Part shown: piece after piece, positions 1 through 10,357 of the stretch
Layout: each line of letters opens with the position of its first letter
Position numbering within the stretch: the first letter of the stretch is position 1
Origin: an uncultured delta proteobacterium
Lineage (GTDB): Bacteria > Desulfobacterota > Desulfomonilia > UBA1062
Assembly (NCBI GenBank): GCA_963798485.1
Contig: CAWCTR010000023.1
Location: forward strand, 64,001-128,000
Length of the DNA stretch: 64,000 nt
Direction: 5' to 3'
Notes under the pieces: generated by a model
Told to the model about the DNA's origin: nothing
Database searches by the model: none
The model's input: the letters and a program-made list of their open reading frames with translations, nothing else
Program-made: the position numbers and the translations under genes

Positions 1-574
1 CTGTGGGCGTAGTGAGCTCTGCCTCCAAGGCGGTAACCCTTACCTTCATGCCTTCCAGCAGCTTCACCGTTGCTGGCGCAGGCACAGGGATTTTGCCGTG
101 AAGTGAATCCGTCATACCGCCGCCTAATGGCACCGGATTGGTGTAGAGGGCATCTATACCGAGCCTGTCCAGAGCAGCGGATATGCCGACGATATCGAGG
201 ATGGAATCAAGCGCCCCGATCTCATGGAAGTGCACATCCTCCACGGCAACCCCATGGACCTGGGCCTCTGCGTGGGCAAGGACCTCAAAAATCCTTTCCG
301 CCCTGAGTCTGATTGAAGCCGGGAGTCTGTTAAGGATAGTGTCGCGGATGGTCGCATAGCCCCTGCGCTGAAGGGAATCAGGTATATCGAAGGTGAGACC
401 GAGGCAGGAGATGCCGTTGATGGAATCCGCTTTGGTGTACATGTGAAACGGCCCGATATTCAGCTTTTCAAAGACCTCTTCGAGATATCGCGGGGGACAC
501 CCAAGGTGCACAAGACTGCCCAGGAGCATGTCCCCGCTTATCCCCCCGATGGGGTCAACGATCAAAATATTCAT
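1..574 (-). CDS. larC: Nickel-pincer cofactor biosynthesis protein LarC (3' end runs off the window)
   Basis: Absent from the ORF track; translated by hand from ATG at 574: MNILIVDPIGGISGDMLLG...AEAQVHGVAVEDVHFHEIGALDSILDIVG...HGKIPVPAPAT...ELTTPT, the LarC signature motifs. Confidence 0.93.
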   Translation of the reverse strand, partial: MNILIVDPIGGISGDMLLGSLVHLGCPPRYLEEVFEKLNIGPFHMYTKADSINGISCLGLTFDIPDSLQRRGYATIRDTILNRLPASIRLRAERIFEVLAHAEAQVHGVAVEDVHFHEIGALDSILDIVGISAALDRLGIDALYTNPVPLGGGMTDSLHGKIPVPAPATVKLLEGMKVRVTALEAELTTPT

Positions 575-928
575 ACCTATCCCCTGCGGTGTGGAGAACC
601 GGACCGGATACCTCTTGAGAAGTACCTTTTTTTTCTCAAGACATCAAGGCTTTATCCCCAGGTTCCTCATCCGTGCCTGCTGGGTGGTAAGCTTCATGCC
701 CAGGACCGCTGCATAGCCTCCGTTTCCTGCACCCCCGCCTCCTGTCAGATCGAGCATATGGCAGGACTGTAAAAGTATAGTGAATGATCGTTTCACAAAA
801 GCCGTTTTCTTTTGGAGCATGTTCATGTATGTAAAGGAGACGCCAAAACCTCTGATTGAAATCATAGGTCATGTGGCATGAACGTCTCAACGTAAAAAAC
901 CAAAGAGACCCCAGGAAAGGAGATTTAT

Positions 929-2644
929 ATGAATTTGTTGATCCAGCCCAAGAAGTACAAGAGCCTTATGGCCGACGAAGGATCAAGGGCCATCATGGAC
1001 AAGACCATTGCCTTCTTCGAGAATATGGGCAAGCAGAGACTGCTCGATGATTACAGCAAGAAGATCTGGTACCGGGAGTTTATCGATTTCCTCGCAAGGG
1101 AACGGATCTTTTTCAAGCTGCTCACCCCCAAACAGTATGCCGAGGGCGACCCGGATGCCCGATGGGACACGGCGCGCAACAGCGAGTACTCCGAGATTCT
1201 GGCCTTCTACGGGCTGGGGTATTGGTACTGCTTCCAGGTGACGATTCTGGGCCTGGGTCCCATATGGATGAGCCCCAATGAGAAGGCCAAGAAGAGGGCC
1301 GCTCAGCTGCTCAAGGGGGGCGCCATCTTCGCATTCGGCCTTTCCGAACGCACCCATGGCGCTGACATCTACTCCGTTGAGACAACGCTGACCCCCAAGG
1401 GCAACGGCACATTTGTGGCCAACGGCGAGAAGTACTACATCGGCAACGGCAACGAGGCCGAGATGGTCTCCACCCTGGGCAAGGTCAAGGACGGCACCGA
1501 TGACTATACCTTCTTTTCCACTAATTACCGCCACAAGGCCTATGAGCTGAAGAAGAATGTCATCAGCCATCAGGAGTACGTATCCAACTTCGCGCTCCAC
1601 GACTACCCCATCACCGAAGACGACATCCTCTCCCGCGGCCCCCATGCGTGGGATTCGGCGCTCAATACCGTGAACATCGGCAAGTTCAACATCGGACCGG
1701 GATCCATCGGCGTTTCCGAGCATTGTTTCTACGAGGCTATAACCCATGCATCGAACCGTATCCTCTACGGCGTGAAGGTCACGGACATGCCCCATGTGCG
1801 CAAAAACTTCATGGATGCCTGGCTCAGGCTTGTAGCCATGAAGATGTACCAGCGCCGCGCCACCGACTACTTCAGGGGCGCCGGCGAAAATGACCGCCGC
1901 TACCTGCTCTACAACCCCACCAGCAAGATGAAGGTGACCCTGCAGTCCGAAGAGGTGATCAACCTGCTCTGGGACGTGATCGCCGCCAAGGGCTTTGAGA
2001 AGGACACCTACTTCCACATGGGTGCCTGCGACGTGCGGGGTCCATCCAAGCTTGAGGGCACGGTGCACGTGAATGTGCAGCTCATCCGCAAGTTTATGAA
2101 GAACTACTTCTTCACCCCGGCCGAGTATGCCCCGGCGGCACCCGACTTCTCGCTCAAGGATGACTCGTTTCTGTTCAACCAGGGCCCCACAAAGGGCCTG
2201 GGCAAGGTCCAGTTCCACGACTACAAGCCGGTCTTCGAAGCCAGCAAAGGTCTCCCCAACGTGGCGACCTTCATCAAGCAGATCGAGATCTTCAAGGAGA
2301 TGCTGGAAAAGGCCGGCCCTGACAAGGCCCAGGATATGGACCCCTCATGGTCCCTGCCCGTGGGCGAGATGTTCTCCATCGTGGTGTACGGTCAGCTCAT
2401 CCTTGAGCAGGCAAAGTTCGACGGACTTGATCCGGATGTCCTGAACCAGATCTTCGACTTCATGGTCCGCGACTTTGCCCACTTTGCCTTGCAGATCTAC
2501 GGCAACCACAGCTCGAAAGACGAACAACGAGAATACTGCACCAAGATCATGCTCATCAAGGCAGTCCCCAGCCCCGATCAGTACAACAAGGTGTGGGAGA
2601 AGTACGTATCCGTCCTGAACGGTGAGTATGCCATGAACGAGTAG
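929..2644 (+). CDS. Acyl-CoA dehydrogenase (long form)
   Basis: AFGLSERTHGAD, NGEKYYIGNG and LEGTVHVN motifs of the ACAD fold; SD AAGGAG upstream. Confidence 0.9.
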   Translation: MNLLIQPKKYKSLMADEGSRAIMDKTIAFFENMGKQRLLDDYSKKIWYREFIDFLARERIFFKLLTPKQYAEGDPDARWDTARNSEYSEILAFYGLGYWYCFQVTILGLGPIWMSPNEKAKKRAAQLLKGGAIFAFGLSERTHGADIYSVETTLTPKGNGTFVANGEKYYIGNGNEAEMVSTLGKVKDGTDDYTFFSTNYRHKAYELKKNVISHQEYVSNFALHDYPITEDDILSRGPHAWDSALNTVNIGKFNIGPGSIGVSEHCFYEAITHASNRILYGVKVTDMPHVRKNFMDAWLRLVAMKMYQRRATDYFRGAGENDRRYLLYNPTSKMKVTLQSEEVINLLWDVIAAKGFEKDTYFHMGACDVRGPSKLEGTVHVNVQLIRKFMKNYFFTPAEYAPAAPDFSLKDDSFLFNQGPTKGLGKVQFHDYKPVFEASKGLPNVATFIKQIEIFKEMLEKAGPDKAQDMDPSWSLPVGEMFSIVVYGQLILEQAKFDGLDPDVLNQIFDFMVRDFAHFALQIYGNHSSKDEQREYCTKIMLIKAVPSPDQYNKVWEKYVSVLNGEYAMNE

Positions 2645-2671
2645 CGAACAGGCTACAACAATCCTCAAGAC

Positions 2672-2711
2672 AAACAAAGAGGGGAGGGCAATAGCTCTCC
2701 CCTCTTTGTTT
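2672..2711. terminator. Intrinsic terminator hairpin
   Basis: AAACAAAGAGGGGAGGGC-aata-GCTCTCCCCTCTTTGTTT directly after the ACAD stop. Confidence 0.85.
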
Positions 2712-2827
2712 CTATAAAAGATCACGTAGCATCTATTATATGAAAACGGTGACATTCAGGCATACTCGGGTGTATGATTGTCATACCTTAAACGGTTATT
2801 CCAACATTTAAAAAAAAGGGGGGGATT

Positions 2828-3382
2828 ATGGAGCTGTCCGATGCCATCCAGCACAGGAGGAGCGTGAGAAAATTCACCGACTATGCCGTTACCGACGAGG
2901 AGATCAAACAGCTGCTTGAGGCGGCAAGGCTGGCGCAATCCTGGGCAAATACCCAGGTGTGGGAATTCGTGGTGGTCCGTGACAGGGGTCTTATTGAAAA
3001 AGTAACCGGCACCTATGTCGATAAGAACCCGGGCACAAAGTGTTCGCTTGCGGCCTCGGTACTTATCGTAGCATGTGCCAAGACCGGGGTGTCGGGCTGT
3101 TATGGCGGCAAGGATGTGACCAAGTTTCCCAACTGGTTCATGTTCGACCTCGGTATTGCGGTCCAGAACCTCTGCCTCAAGGCCCATGAGTTAGGACTTG
3201 GCACCGTTGTGGTCGGCCTTATGGACCATGATGCATGCAAGAAGGTCATCGGCCTGCCCGATGGCTATGAGGTGGTTGCGGTGCTGCCGGTGGGAAAGCC
3301 TGCTACGGAACCCAAGCAGGGTCCGCCACGTAAGGAATTGGATGCGTTTGTCCATCTCAATACCTTCGGCAAGGCCTTTTAA
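2828..3382 (+). CDS. Nitroreductase family protein
   Basis: RRSVRKF, AQSWANTQVW and QNLCLKAHELGLGT motifs. Confidence 0.9.
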   Translation: MELSDAIQHRRSVRKFTDYAVTDEEIKQLLEAARLAQSWANTQVWEFVVVRDRGLIEKVTGTYVDKNPGTKCSLAASVLIVACAKTGVSGCYGGKDVTKFPNWFMFDLGIAVQNLCLKAHELGLGTVVVGLMDHDACKKVIGLPDGYEVVAVLPVGKPATEPKQGPPRKELDAFVHLNTFGKAF

Positions 3383-3416
3383 GATATAGACTTGAGAATT
3401 CTCCAGGAGACTGCCC

Positions 3417-4232
3417 ATGGCTGACTACGGTATCCGGCTCGAGCGTGAAGGTCAAATCGCGGTAGTGATCTTTGAGAGGCCCGGCAGGCAGAACACCCTC
3501 GATGAGCACATGTGGGATTGCATGGAGCAGGTAGTAGCCGACCTCAAGGCACGCATGCCCAGGGCCGTGGTGCTGACCGGATCCGGAGACAGGGCATTCT
3601 GCGCCGGGTTCGACGTAAACCCGGATAACCCCATGGTGTCCCGCCTCATCGATGCGGTGCAGAAGCACGAAAAAGGGCCGGCCTATGACCTGATCCGCCG
3701 GGTAAGGACAACCACCGACAGCCTGGTCATGCTCCCCGTGCCTATAATTGCCGCCATCAACGGCCTTGCCTATGGCGGGGGGGCCGAGATTGCCACACGG
3801 TGCGACCTACGTGTCATGGACGCAGGCGCTCTCATCTGCTTCTCCGAGGTGAGGCTCGGTCTCATGCCCGACCATGGCGGGGTGGTGGGGCTCACGCGGC
3901 TTTTGGGGGCCTCCAGGGCGGCAGATCTCATCCTCACGGCTCGCAAGGTGAGTGCGGAGGAGGCCTTGCAGATGGGCCTTATAAACCGAATCAGCCCTTC
4001 GGGCAAGGCCCTGGAGGATGCATGTGAGCTTGCCCGGACCATTGCAGAAAATGGTCCGCGTGCCGTACGGCACGCCCTGAAGGTGATCAGGAAGACCATG
4101 GACATGAGCACGATAGAGGCCCTGGAACTTGAGACCGAAGAGGCGGTCACCCTTATTGCCGGTGGCGAATGCATCCATGGCATTACCGCCTTTCTATCAA
4201 AACTCAAGCCCGTGTTCCCGGAGCCGGAATAG
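3417..4232 (+). CDS. Enoyl-CoA hydratase/isomerase (crotonase family)
   Basis: AFCAGFD, AAINGLAYGGGAEIA and SEVRLGLMPD motifs. Confidence 0.92.
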   Translation: MADYGIRLEREGQIAVVIFERPGRQNTLDEHMWDCMEQVVADLKARMPRAVVLTGSGDRAFCAGFDVNPDNPMVSRLIDAVQKHEKGPAYDLIRRVRTTTDSLVMLPVPIIAAINGLAYGGGAEIATRCDLRVMDAGALICFSEVRLGLMPDHGGVVGLTRLLGASRAADLILTARKVSAEEALQMGLINRISPSGKALEDACELARTIAENGPRAVRHALKVIRKTMDMSTIEALELETEEAVTLIAGGECIHGITAFLSKLKPVFPEPE

Positions 4233-4261
4233 AAAGAAGGAACTTGATCAGGGAGTTCTCG

Positions 4262-6481
4262 ATGATCCAGGAAAAAATCGGGGCTGATACAATCACAAGG
4301 GATAACGGCAGTTCGAATACCGCTATAGTCCTGTCCGGGGTGATCGAGCACGTTCGCTATCACCGTCAAGACACAGGCTACACCATTGCCCGCCTCAGGA
4401 CACAGGGTGCTGATGAATCATCCATAAATGTAGTGGCCTTCCTTCCAACGCCCCGCATCGGGGACCTCTACCAGTTCAAGGGTTCATGGGTCGTCCACCC
4501 GAAATACGGGCAACAGTTTCAGGCAACGGAATTTGAGGCCAAGCCCCCGGTGACCATGGAAGGCATAAGGTCCTATCTTTCCTCAGAGATTGAAGAGATA
4601 GGCCCCGAGCTTGCAAAGCGCATCGTTGACGCCTTCGGCATGGATACCTTCAGCATTATCGACCTTGAGCCGCACCGGCTCAGGGAAGTCAGCGGCATAG
4701 GGCGAAAACGTGCCAAGGCCATCCTGCATGCATGGAAGGACCAGAGGATTTTGCGGGATACGTTTGTGTTCCTCTATAGCCAAGGGATCACGGCCGGTCT
4801 CGCATCAAAGGTTTTTAAAAGGTACAGCAAGAACACCATAGATGTGATCAGAAACAACCCCTACCGTCTGGCCGTCGATATCCCGGGCGTTGGCTTTATG
4901 ACCGCCGACCGGATCGCTGAGAAGACCGGCGTTGCCAAGGATTCCCCTGAGAGGATCTGCGGGGGTATCATCTATGTGCTCGAACTTGCCGCCATGCAGG
5001 GGCATTGCTATCTTCCCAGGCGTCTTGTGCTGCAGGAGACAGAGAAAATCCTCGGTGTCGACAGGAAGATCATCTCTGAGAATATCTTGGAACTCGAGTC
5101 CATGAACCATGTGTACATAGAGAAGATCCCGGGCAAGGACCAAGGTGAAGACGCCATATACCACCCTCTGCTTCACAGGGCGGAGAAATACTCTGCAATG
5201 AATCTGTCCATGATGAACAAGGCTGATAAAGGCATTGCATGCGTTGATGCGGATGGGGCTATCGGGTGGATGGAAGACAGGTATCACATCGAATTATCCG
5301 CACGTCAGAAAGAGGCTGTCAAGTGTGCGGCATTGAAGACGTGCATGGTCCTCACCGGCGGCCCGGGGACCGGAAAGACCTCTACCATCACCGCGATTAT
5401 CCACATGTTTAAGGGGATGGATGCAAAGATCCTGTTGTGCGCCCCGACAGGCCGCGCAGCAAAACGCATGACAGAGGCCACCGGCAAGGAATCATGCACG
5501 ATCCACAGGCTGCTGGAATTCAACCCGATGCAGGGGATATTTCAGCGCAATGAAGGACAACCCCTGGAGGCTGATCTTATTATCGTGGACGAGTTTTCCA
5601 TGGTGGACATATCGCTGCTTCATCATCTTCTCAAGGCAATTACCCCCGGCACGACCCTGGTATTTGTCGGCGATGCCGACCAGCTCCCTTCAGTGGGGCC
5701 CGGCAACTGCCTGAAGGACATAATTACATCGGGCATCATCCCTGTGGTAAGGTTGGACACGATCTTCAGGCAAGGCCTGACGAGCCGGATCATCGTCAAC
5801 AGCCACCGGATCAACCAGGGGCTGATGCCCGAGATCCCTGACGATGGCAGCGGGGAGTACCGCTTCATCTCAGAGGAAGACCCCCTCAAGGTCCTCTCCG
5901 AGATCATCCGCCAGGTAAAAGAGGAGCTGCCTGTCAAACATGGCCTGGACCCATTGTGGGACGTGCAGGTGTTGAGCCCCATGCACAAAGGCATCCTTGG
6001 GGTCGAGAACCTGAACAGGAATCTGCAGCAGGCGCTTAACCCTGAAGGCAGGCCATACCGGAGGGGCAACACGGAGTTCCGTATCGGCGACAAGGTGATG
6101 CAGACCCGCAATAATTATGAGCTGGAGGTCTTCAATGGTGACATCGGTTATCTGATGGATATAAACGAAAAGGAAGGCTCATTTCAGGTCGGGTATGACG
6201 ACCGGATAGTACTGTATAGTTCCTCTGACGCTGATGATCTGGTTGTCGCCTATGCAACGACTATCCATAAGGCGCAGGGCTCTGAATATACCTGTGTGAT
6301 CTTGCCTGTCCATACCCAGCACTATGTCATGCTTGCAAGAAATCTGCTGTACACGGCGGTAACAAGGGGCAAACGGCTTGTCTTGACCATCGGCTCGGCC
6401 AGGGCGGTCAGGCTCAGCGTGGAAAACAGCCGGAGCAGAACCCGGTTTACGCGCCTTGCCCAGCGGCTTGTGGGACAATAA
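4262..6481 (+). CDS. recD2: ATP-dependent RecD2-like DNA helicase (SF1B)
   Basis: HPKYGQQF N-terminal region, HhH motifs, Walker A GGPGTGKT, DEFSM, TIHKAQGSE. Start moved to ATG 4262 (SD AGGGAG) from the track's 4169. Confidence 0.93.
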   Translation: MIQEKIGADTITRDNGSSNTAIVLSGVIEHVRYHRQDTGYTIARLRTQGADESSINVVAFLPTPRIGDLYQFKGSWVVHPKYGQQFQATEFEAKPPVTMEGIRSYLSSEIEEIGPELAKRIVDAFGMDTFSIIDLEPHRLREVSGIGRKRAKAILHAWKDQRILRDTFVFLYSQGITAGLASKVFKRYSKNTIDVIRNNPYRLAVDIPGVGFMTADRIAEKTGVAKDSPERICGGIIYVLELAAMQGHCYLPRRLVLQETEKILGVDRKIISENILELESMNHVYIEKIPGKDQGEDAIYHPLLHRAEKYSAMNLSMMNKADKGIACVDADGAIGWMEDRYHIELSARQKEAVKCAALKTCMVLTGGPGTGKTSTITAIIHMFKGMDAKILLCAPTGRAAKRMTEATGKESCTIHRLLEFNPMQGIFQRNEGQPLEADLIIVDEFSMVDISLLHHLLKAITPGTTLVFVGDADQLPSVGPGNCLKDIITSGIIPVVRLDTIFRQGLTSRIIVNSHRINQGLMPEIPDDGSGEYRFISEEDPLKVLSEIIRQVKEELPVKHGLDPLWDVQVLSPMHKGILGVENLNRNLQQALNPEGRPYRRGNTEFRIGDKVMQTRNNYELEVFNGDIGYLMDINEKEGSFQVGYDDRIVLYSSSDADDLVVAYATTIHKAQGSEYTCVILPVHTQHYVMLARNLLYTAVTRGKRLVLTIGSARAVRLSVENSRSRTRFTRLAQRLVGQ

Positions 6482-6494
6482 TAGACCGGCGTCC

Positions 6495-7466
6495 TTACTC
6501 CTTGTCCCGATATCTCTTCGTATAGAGGTGCCGGTTGTAGATGCTCGAGAATGCGGAAAAAGATTCTTCTTCCGGGGTGGCGTCTATGATGGAGCAGATG
6601 CCGGTCAGCTTGGCATCGAGGTCGTCGAGCATATGGAGGAATATGGCTTCTTTGGTCATGGGCAGTTTGGGCGAGCCGAATTCGAGCAGTCCGTGATGAC
6701 CAAGGACCATGTGGAGGAGCTGGAGCTTGAGTTCTTCGGGGAAACCCTCAATGGATGATGCATCCTGATCCACCATGTTAGCGGAAAGGTAGATGTGTCC
6801 CAGGAGCCTGCCCATGGGTGTGATATCGATGATCTTGGTGTAGGTATATTCATAGATCTTTCCCAGGTCATGCACGATGGCGCCCACCACGAGCATATCC
6901 CGGTTGAAACCCATATGGGCATAGACAGGCAGCAGGGCGTCCATGGCCCTCAGTACGAAGAGGGTATGCTCCAGGAGGCCCCCTATATAGTTGTGATGTA
7001 TCCCTTTGGCGGCAGGGGCCTTCATGAACCCCTCCCGTACTCCCTCCCTTGCAAATATCCGCTCAACAAGGAGGCGCAGGTGCGAGTTCTTGATGCCGCT
7101 GCAGGCCTGTTCGAACTCGTCGACCATAGAGGTTATGTCCCTGCTGGTGGAAGGCACCAGGCTTGTGATGTCCACCTCCTGGTCGGAGAGCTTCGTAATC
7201 TTCTCGATCCTGAGCTGCAGGCGGTTCTCGTACGACTCGGCGCTCGCCCTTACCCCGACCACGTCTCCCGGCGCAATGATTGAAACCTGCTCCTGTGCCT
7301 CATCCCAGACCATACCTAAAATATCGCCGGTCTTGTCGGACAGGATAATCTTGCCATAGGGTTTCCCGTTACGGGCGGTAAGCAGCCTTCGCTCGGAGAC
7401 CAGGAACACTGCCTTTACACGGTCACCGTCTCCGATTTCACTGATAAAGCGTCCTTTTAATATCAT
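6495..7466 (-). CDS. yhaM: OB-fold + HD-domain 3'-5' exoribonuclease, YhaM/Cbf1 family
   Basis: N-terminal OB fold (LSDKTG), PAAKGIHHNYIGGLLEH, HDLGK, HHG..E.GSP, DDLDAK. Confidence 0.85.
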   Translation of the reverse strand: MILKGRFISEIGDGDRVKAVFLVSERRLLTARNGKPYGKIILSDKTGDILGMVWDEAQEQVSIIAPGDVVGVRASAESYENRLQLRIEKITKLSDQEVDITSLVPSTSRDITSMVDEFEQACSGIKNSHLRLLVERIFAREGVREGFMKAPAAKGIHHNYIGGLLEHTLFVLRAMDALLPVYAHMGFNRDMLVVGAIVHDLGKIYEYTYTKIIDITPMGRLLGHIYLSANMVDQDASSIEGFPEELKLQLLHMVLGHHGLLEFGSPKLPMTKEAIFLHMLDDLDAKLTGICSIIDATPEEESFSAFSSIYNRHLYTKRYRDKE

Positions 7467-7490
7467 GTATCTCCCTTACTATCTTTAGAC

Positions 7491-8804
7491 TTACAGGATA
7501 TATCTACTCAGGTCTTCCCTGCTCATGAGCGGCTCGAGGCGCTCCTTGACATATGCCCCATCCACCACCACCTGGCCCTTGAGCTCTTTGGCTGAAAAGG
7601 AGATGTCTTCAAGCATCTTTTCGAGCACGGTATGGAGCCTGCGGGCCCCGATGTTCTCGGTATGGTCATTGATGTACTCGGCAATGGCGGCGACCTCGGA
7701 GACCGCATCATCCGTGAAGGCCAGGTCGATACCTTCGGTGGCAAGCAGTGCCTGATACTGCTTGATGAGCGCATTCTTGGGCTCCATGAGGATGCGGATG
7801 AAATCTTCCTTGCTCAAGGGGCCAAGCTCCTCCCGGATGGGGAAGCGGCCCTGAAGCTCGGGTATGAGGTCGGAGGGCTTGCTCACATGGAAGGCCCCTG
7901 CGCCTATGAACAGGATATGGTCCGTGTTCACCGGGCCGAACTTGGTGTTCACCGTAGTCCCCTCCACGATGGGCAGCAGGTCGCGCTGCACACCTTCGCG
8001 GGACACATCCGGCCCGCGGCCCGATTCCCTGCCTGCGATCTTATCGAGCTCGTCGATGAACACGATGCCCGAGTTCTCTACCCGAAAGCGTGCCTCCTGG
8101 TTCACCTTGTCCATATCGATAAGGCGGCCCACTTCCTGATTGGTGATGAACTCTACGGCCTCTTTTACACTCATGCGCCTGCGCCTGGTGCGTTTGGGCA
8201 TGATGTTGGAAAACATCTCCTTGAAATCGATGCCCATCTCCTCCAGGCCCTGGCCTGAGAAGACCTCGATGGTGGGCATCTGGGTCTCGCGGGACTCCAC
8301 CTCAATGAACCGCTCGTCAAGGAGTCCTTCATCCAGCATCTTTTTCATCTTGTCCCTGCTCTGACCATGGAGCTCGGCGTCCTTCTGGGGCGGCAGCAGG
8401 AGGTCAAGGATGCGCTCCTTGGCTTGCTCCACGGCCTTTGATTTAACCTTCTCGCTCTCCTCGGCCTGCACCATCTGGATGCCCATCCTCATGAGATCGC
8501 GGATAATGGACTCTACATCCCGGCCCACATAACCGACCTCGGTAAACTTGGATGCCTCCACCTTAATAAACGGTGAATTTGAGAGCCTTGCCAGCCTGCG
8601 GGCGATCTCGGTCTTGCCCACGCCGGTGGGGCCGATAAGGATAATGTTCTTGGGATAGATGTCGTCTTTCATCTCCGGGGACACCATCTGGCGCCTCCAT
8701 CGGTTACGCAGTGCAATCGCCACGGCACGCTTGGCCTTGTCCTGGCCTACGATGTACCGGTCGAGCTCAGTGACGATCTGTTTGGGTGTAAGGTTGCTCA
8801 TCAC
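7491..8804 (-). CDS. hslU: ATP-dependent protease ATPase subunit HslU
   Basis: [42 protein letters not shown]-terminal DLSRYIL. Confidence 0.98.
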   Translation of the reverse strand: MMSNLTPKQIVTELDRYIVGQDKAKRAVAIALRNRWRRQMVSPEMKDDIYPKNIILIGPTGVGKTEIARRLARLSNSPFIKVEASKFTEVGYVGRDVESIIRDLMRMGIQMVQAEESEKVKSKAVEQAKERILDLLLPPQKDAELHGQSRDKMKKMLDEGLLDERFIEVESRETQMPTIEVFSGQGLEEMGIDFKEMFSNIMPKRTRRRRMSVKEAVEFITNQEVGRLIDMDKVNQEARFRVENSGIVFIDELDKIAGRESGRGPDVSREGVQRDLLPIVEGTTVNTKFGPVNTDHILFIGAGAFHVSKPSDLIPELQGRFPIREELGPLSKEDFIRILMEPKNALIKQYQALLATEGIDLAFTDDAVSEVAAIAEYINDHTENIGARRLHTVLEKMLEDISFSAKELKGQVVVDGAYVKERLEPLMSREDLSRYIL

Positions 8805-9334
8805 AGCTCCTCATATTGTATGGCTTTATTCGTATAGATGCAGATATCGGATGCAATCTCCATGGAATAGGATGCAATCTCTTTGGCGCCAAGGTCCGTG
8901 TACTTCAAGAGGGCCTTGGCTGCTGCAAAGGCGTAATTGCCCCCTGAGCCGATGCCGCAGACATCATCGTCGGGCTCCACCACATCGCCGGTGCCGGAGA
9001 GGATGAAGGTATTGGCGGTATCCGCCACGATCATGAGGGCCTCCAGCCTCCTGAGCACCCTGTCGGTCCTCCAGTCTTTTCCCATCTCGACAGCGGCCCT
9101 GGTGAGATTGCCCCGATATTCCTTCAGCTTGTCCTCAAAGCGTTCAAAGAGGGTGAATGCATCCGATGTTGATCCGGCAAATCCGGCCAAAATCTTGTTG
9201 TCATGGATCTTTCTTACCTTCTTGGCAGTGCCTTTAAGGATCACATTGTTCATGGTCACCTGGCCGTCGCCTGCGAGTACGACCTTGCCGGCCCTTCTTA
9301 CGCATAATATGGTGGTTCCGCGGATCTCCATCAT
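8801..9334 (-). CDS. hslV: ATP-dependent protease subunit HslV
   Basis: Mature N-terminus [28 protein letters not shown]. Confidence 0.97.
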   Translation of the reverse strand: MMEIRGTTILCVRRAGKVVLAGDGQVTMNNVILKGTAKKVRKIHDNKILAGFAGSTSDAFTLFERFEDKLKEYRGNLTRAAVEMGKDWRTDRVLRRLEALMIVADTANTFILSGTGDVVEPDDDVCGIGSGGNYAFAAAKALLKYTDLGAKEIASYSMEIASDICIYTNKAIQYEEL

Positions 9335-10209
9335 CCCTCCTTTGCCCTCGGATGAGCTTTATCATATACATCCATGAGTTTGTCCACACTCAAGTGGGTG
9401 TAGCGCTGGGTGGTGGAAAGGCTTGCATGGCCGAGCATCTCCTGGATGGACCTGAGGTCGGCGCCCGCATCCAGCATGTGGCTTGCAAAGGTGTGCCTGA
9501 TGACATGCGGGCTCACATGCCTGGCAAGGGAGGCCTGCAAGGCCCACTGCTCGATGACCCGCCTGATGCTCCTTGACCTGATGGGAGTGCCCCTGCTGTT
9601 AAGAAACAGCGGCTCGGTGCAGTAAATTGGGTCGTTGATGCCCCTTGTTCTCAGGTAACTGCCGATAGCGCTGAGCGCCCGGTCGCCCACAGGTACATAG
9701 CGCTGCTTTGAGCCCTTGCCTGTAACCATGATGAAGCCCTTATGCATGTCCACATCACAGCACTTCATGGTCTCGGCCTCCCCCACCCGGATGCCAGTGG
9801 AGTAGAGCAGCTCGAGGATAGCCCTGTCGCGGGGATCGATAACCGCATTGATAAGGTCGAACACCTCATCGTGGCTCAGGAACTGCGGCAGGTTTTCCCT
9901 GTGCTTGAGAGACCGCACATGGCCGAAGGGATTCATGGGCAGCTCTATGGAGTGCATCACAAAGTCGAAGAACCCTTTAATGGAGCTCAGCTTGCGGTTG
10001 ACCGAGGTGCGTGAGTAGTGCGACCGAAGATTAAGCATGTAGGAGCGCACCATGAGGCGGTCCGGAAGGGAGGCCTGACGCTCGGTAATAAAGCAGATGA
10101 AATGTCTGATATCGCCCAGGTAAGCCCGGTATGTCTCGCCTGAAAGTCCTTTGTTGTCCAACAGGACAAGGGCATAGCGGTTCAGCAGGGTCTCATAGTC
10201 CGGATCCAT
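9331..10209 (-). CDS. xerC: Tyrosine recombinase XerC
   Basis: [45 protein letters not shown]; classic xerC-hslV-hslU order. Confidence 0.9.
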   Translation of the reverse strand: MDPDYETLLNRYALVLLDNKGLSGETYRAYLGDIRHFICFITERQASLPDRLMVRSYMLNLRSHYSRTSVNRKLSSIKGFFDFVMHSIELPMNPFGHVRSLKHRENLPQFLSHDEVFDLINAVIDPRDRAILELLYSTGIRVGEAETMKCCDVDMHKGFIMVTGKGSKQRYVPVGDRALSAIGSYLRTRGINDPIYCTEPLFLNSRGTPIRSRSIRRVIEQWALQASLARHVSPHVIRHTFASHMLDAGADLRSIQEMLGHASLSTTQRYTHLSVDKLMDVYDKAHPRAKEG

Positions 10210-10215
10210 GGTGCG

Positions 10216-10244
10216 AACTTACACCCTGGAATTGTTTAAATCAA
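10216..10244 (-). promoter_or_regulatory. sigma70-type promoter of xerC-hslVU, predicted leaderless
   Basis: TTGATT-N17-TAAGTT-N6-ATG on the minus strand; no SD. Confidence 0.6.
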
Positions 10245-10357
10245 GGTCTCGATAGGCTGCCTATGCGGCTGTATTCCATTCTTGCCAATGAGGATGTCTT
10301 GTGAAATAGTAACAAGAGTAACCCTAAAAAAAGACATCCTAATCTGGAGGTGGCAAT

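Noticed and set aside
578-772. 6S RNA or NiCo riboswitch call
   Set aside because: The closing stem is suggestive, but I could not find the conserved internal 6S or NiCo motifs, nor the usual zapA/ygfA context.
983-2218. Long antisense ORFs (also 10241-11017, 19832-20725, 24376-25221, 7632-8258)
   Set aside because: Shadows of well-supported genes caused by GC3 codon bias; no family motifs.
9331-10209. Tyrosine recombinase as the integrase of a mobile element
   Set aside because: It sits in the standard chromosomal xerC-hslV-hslU operon; no att sites or cargo.
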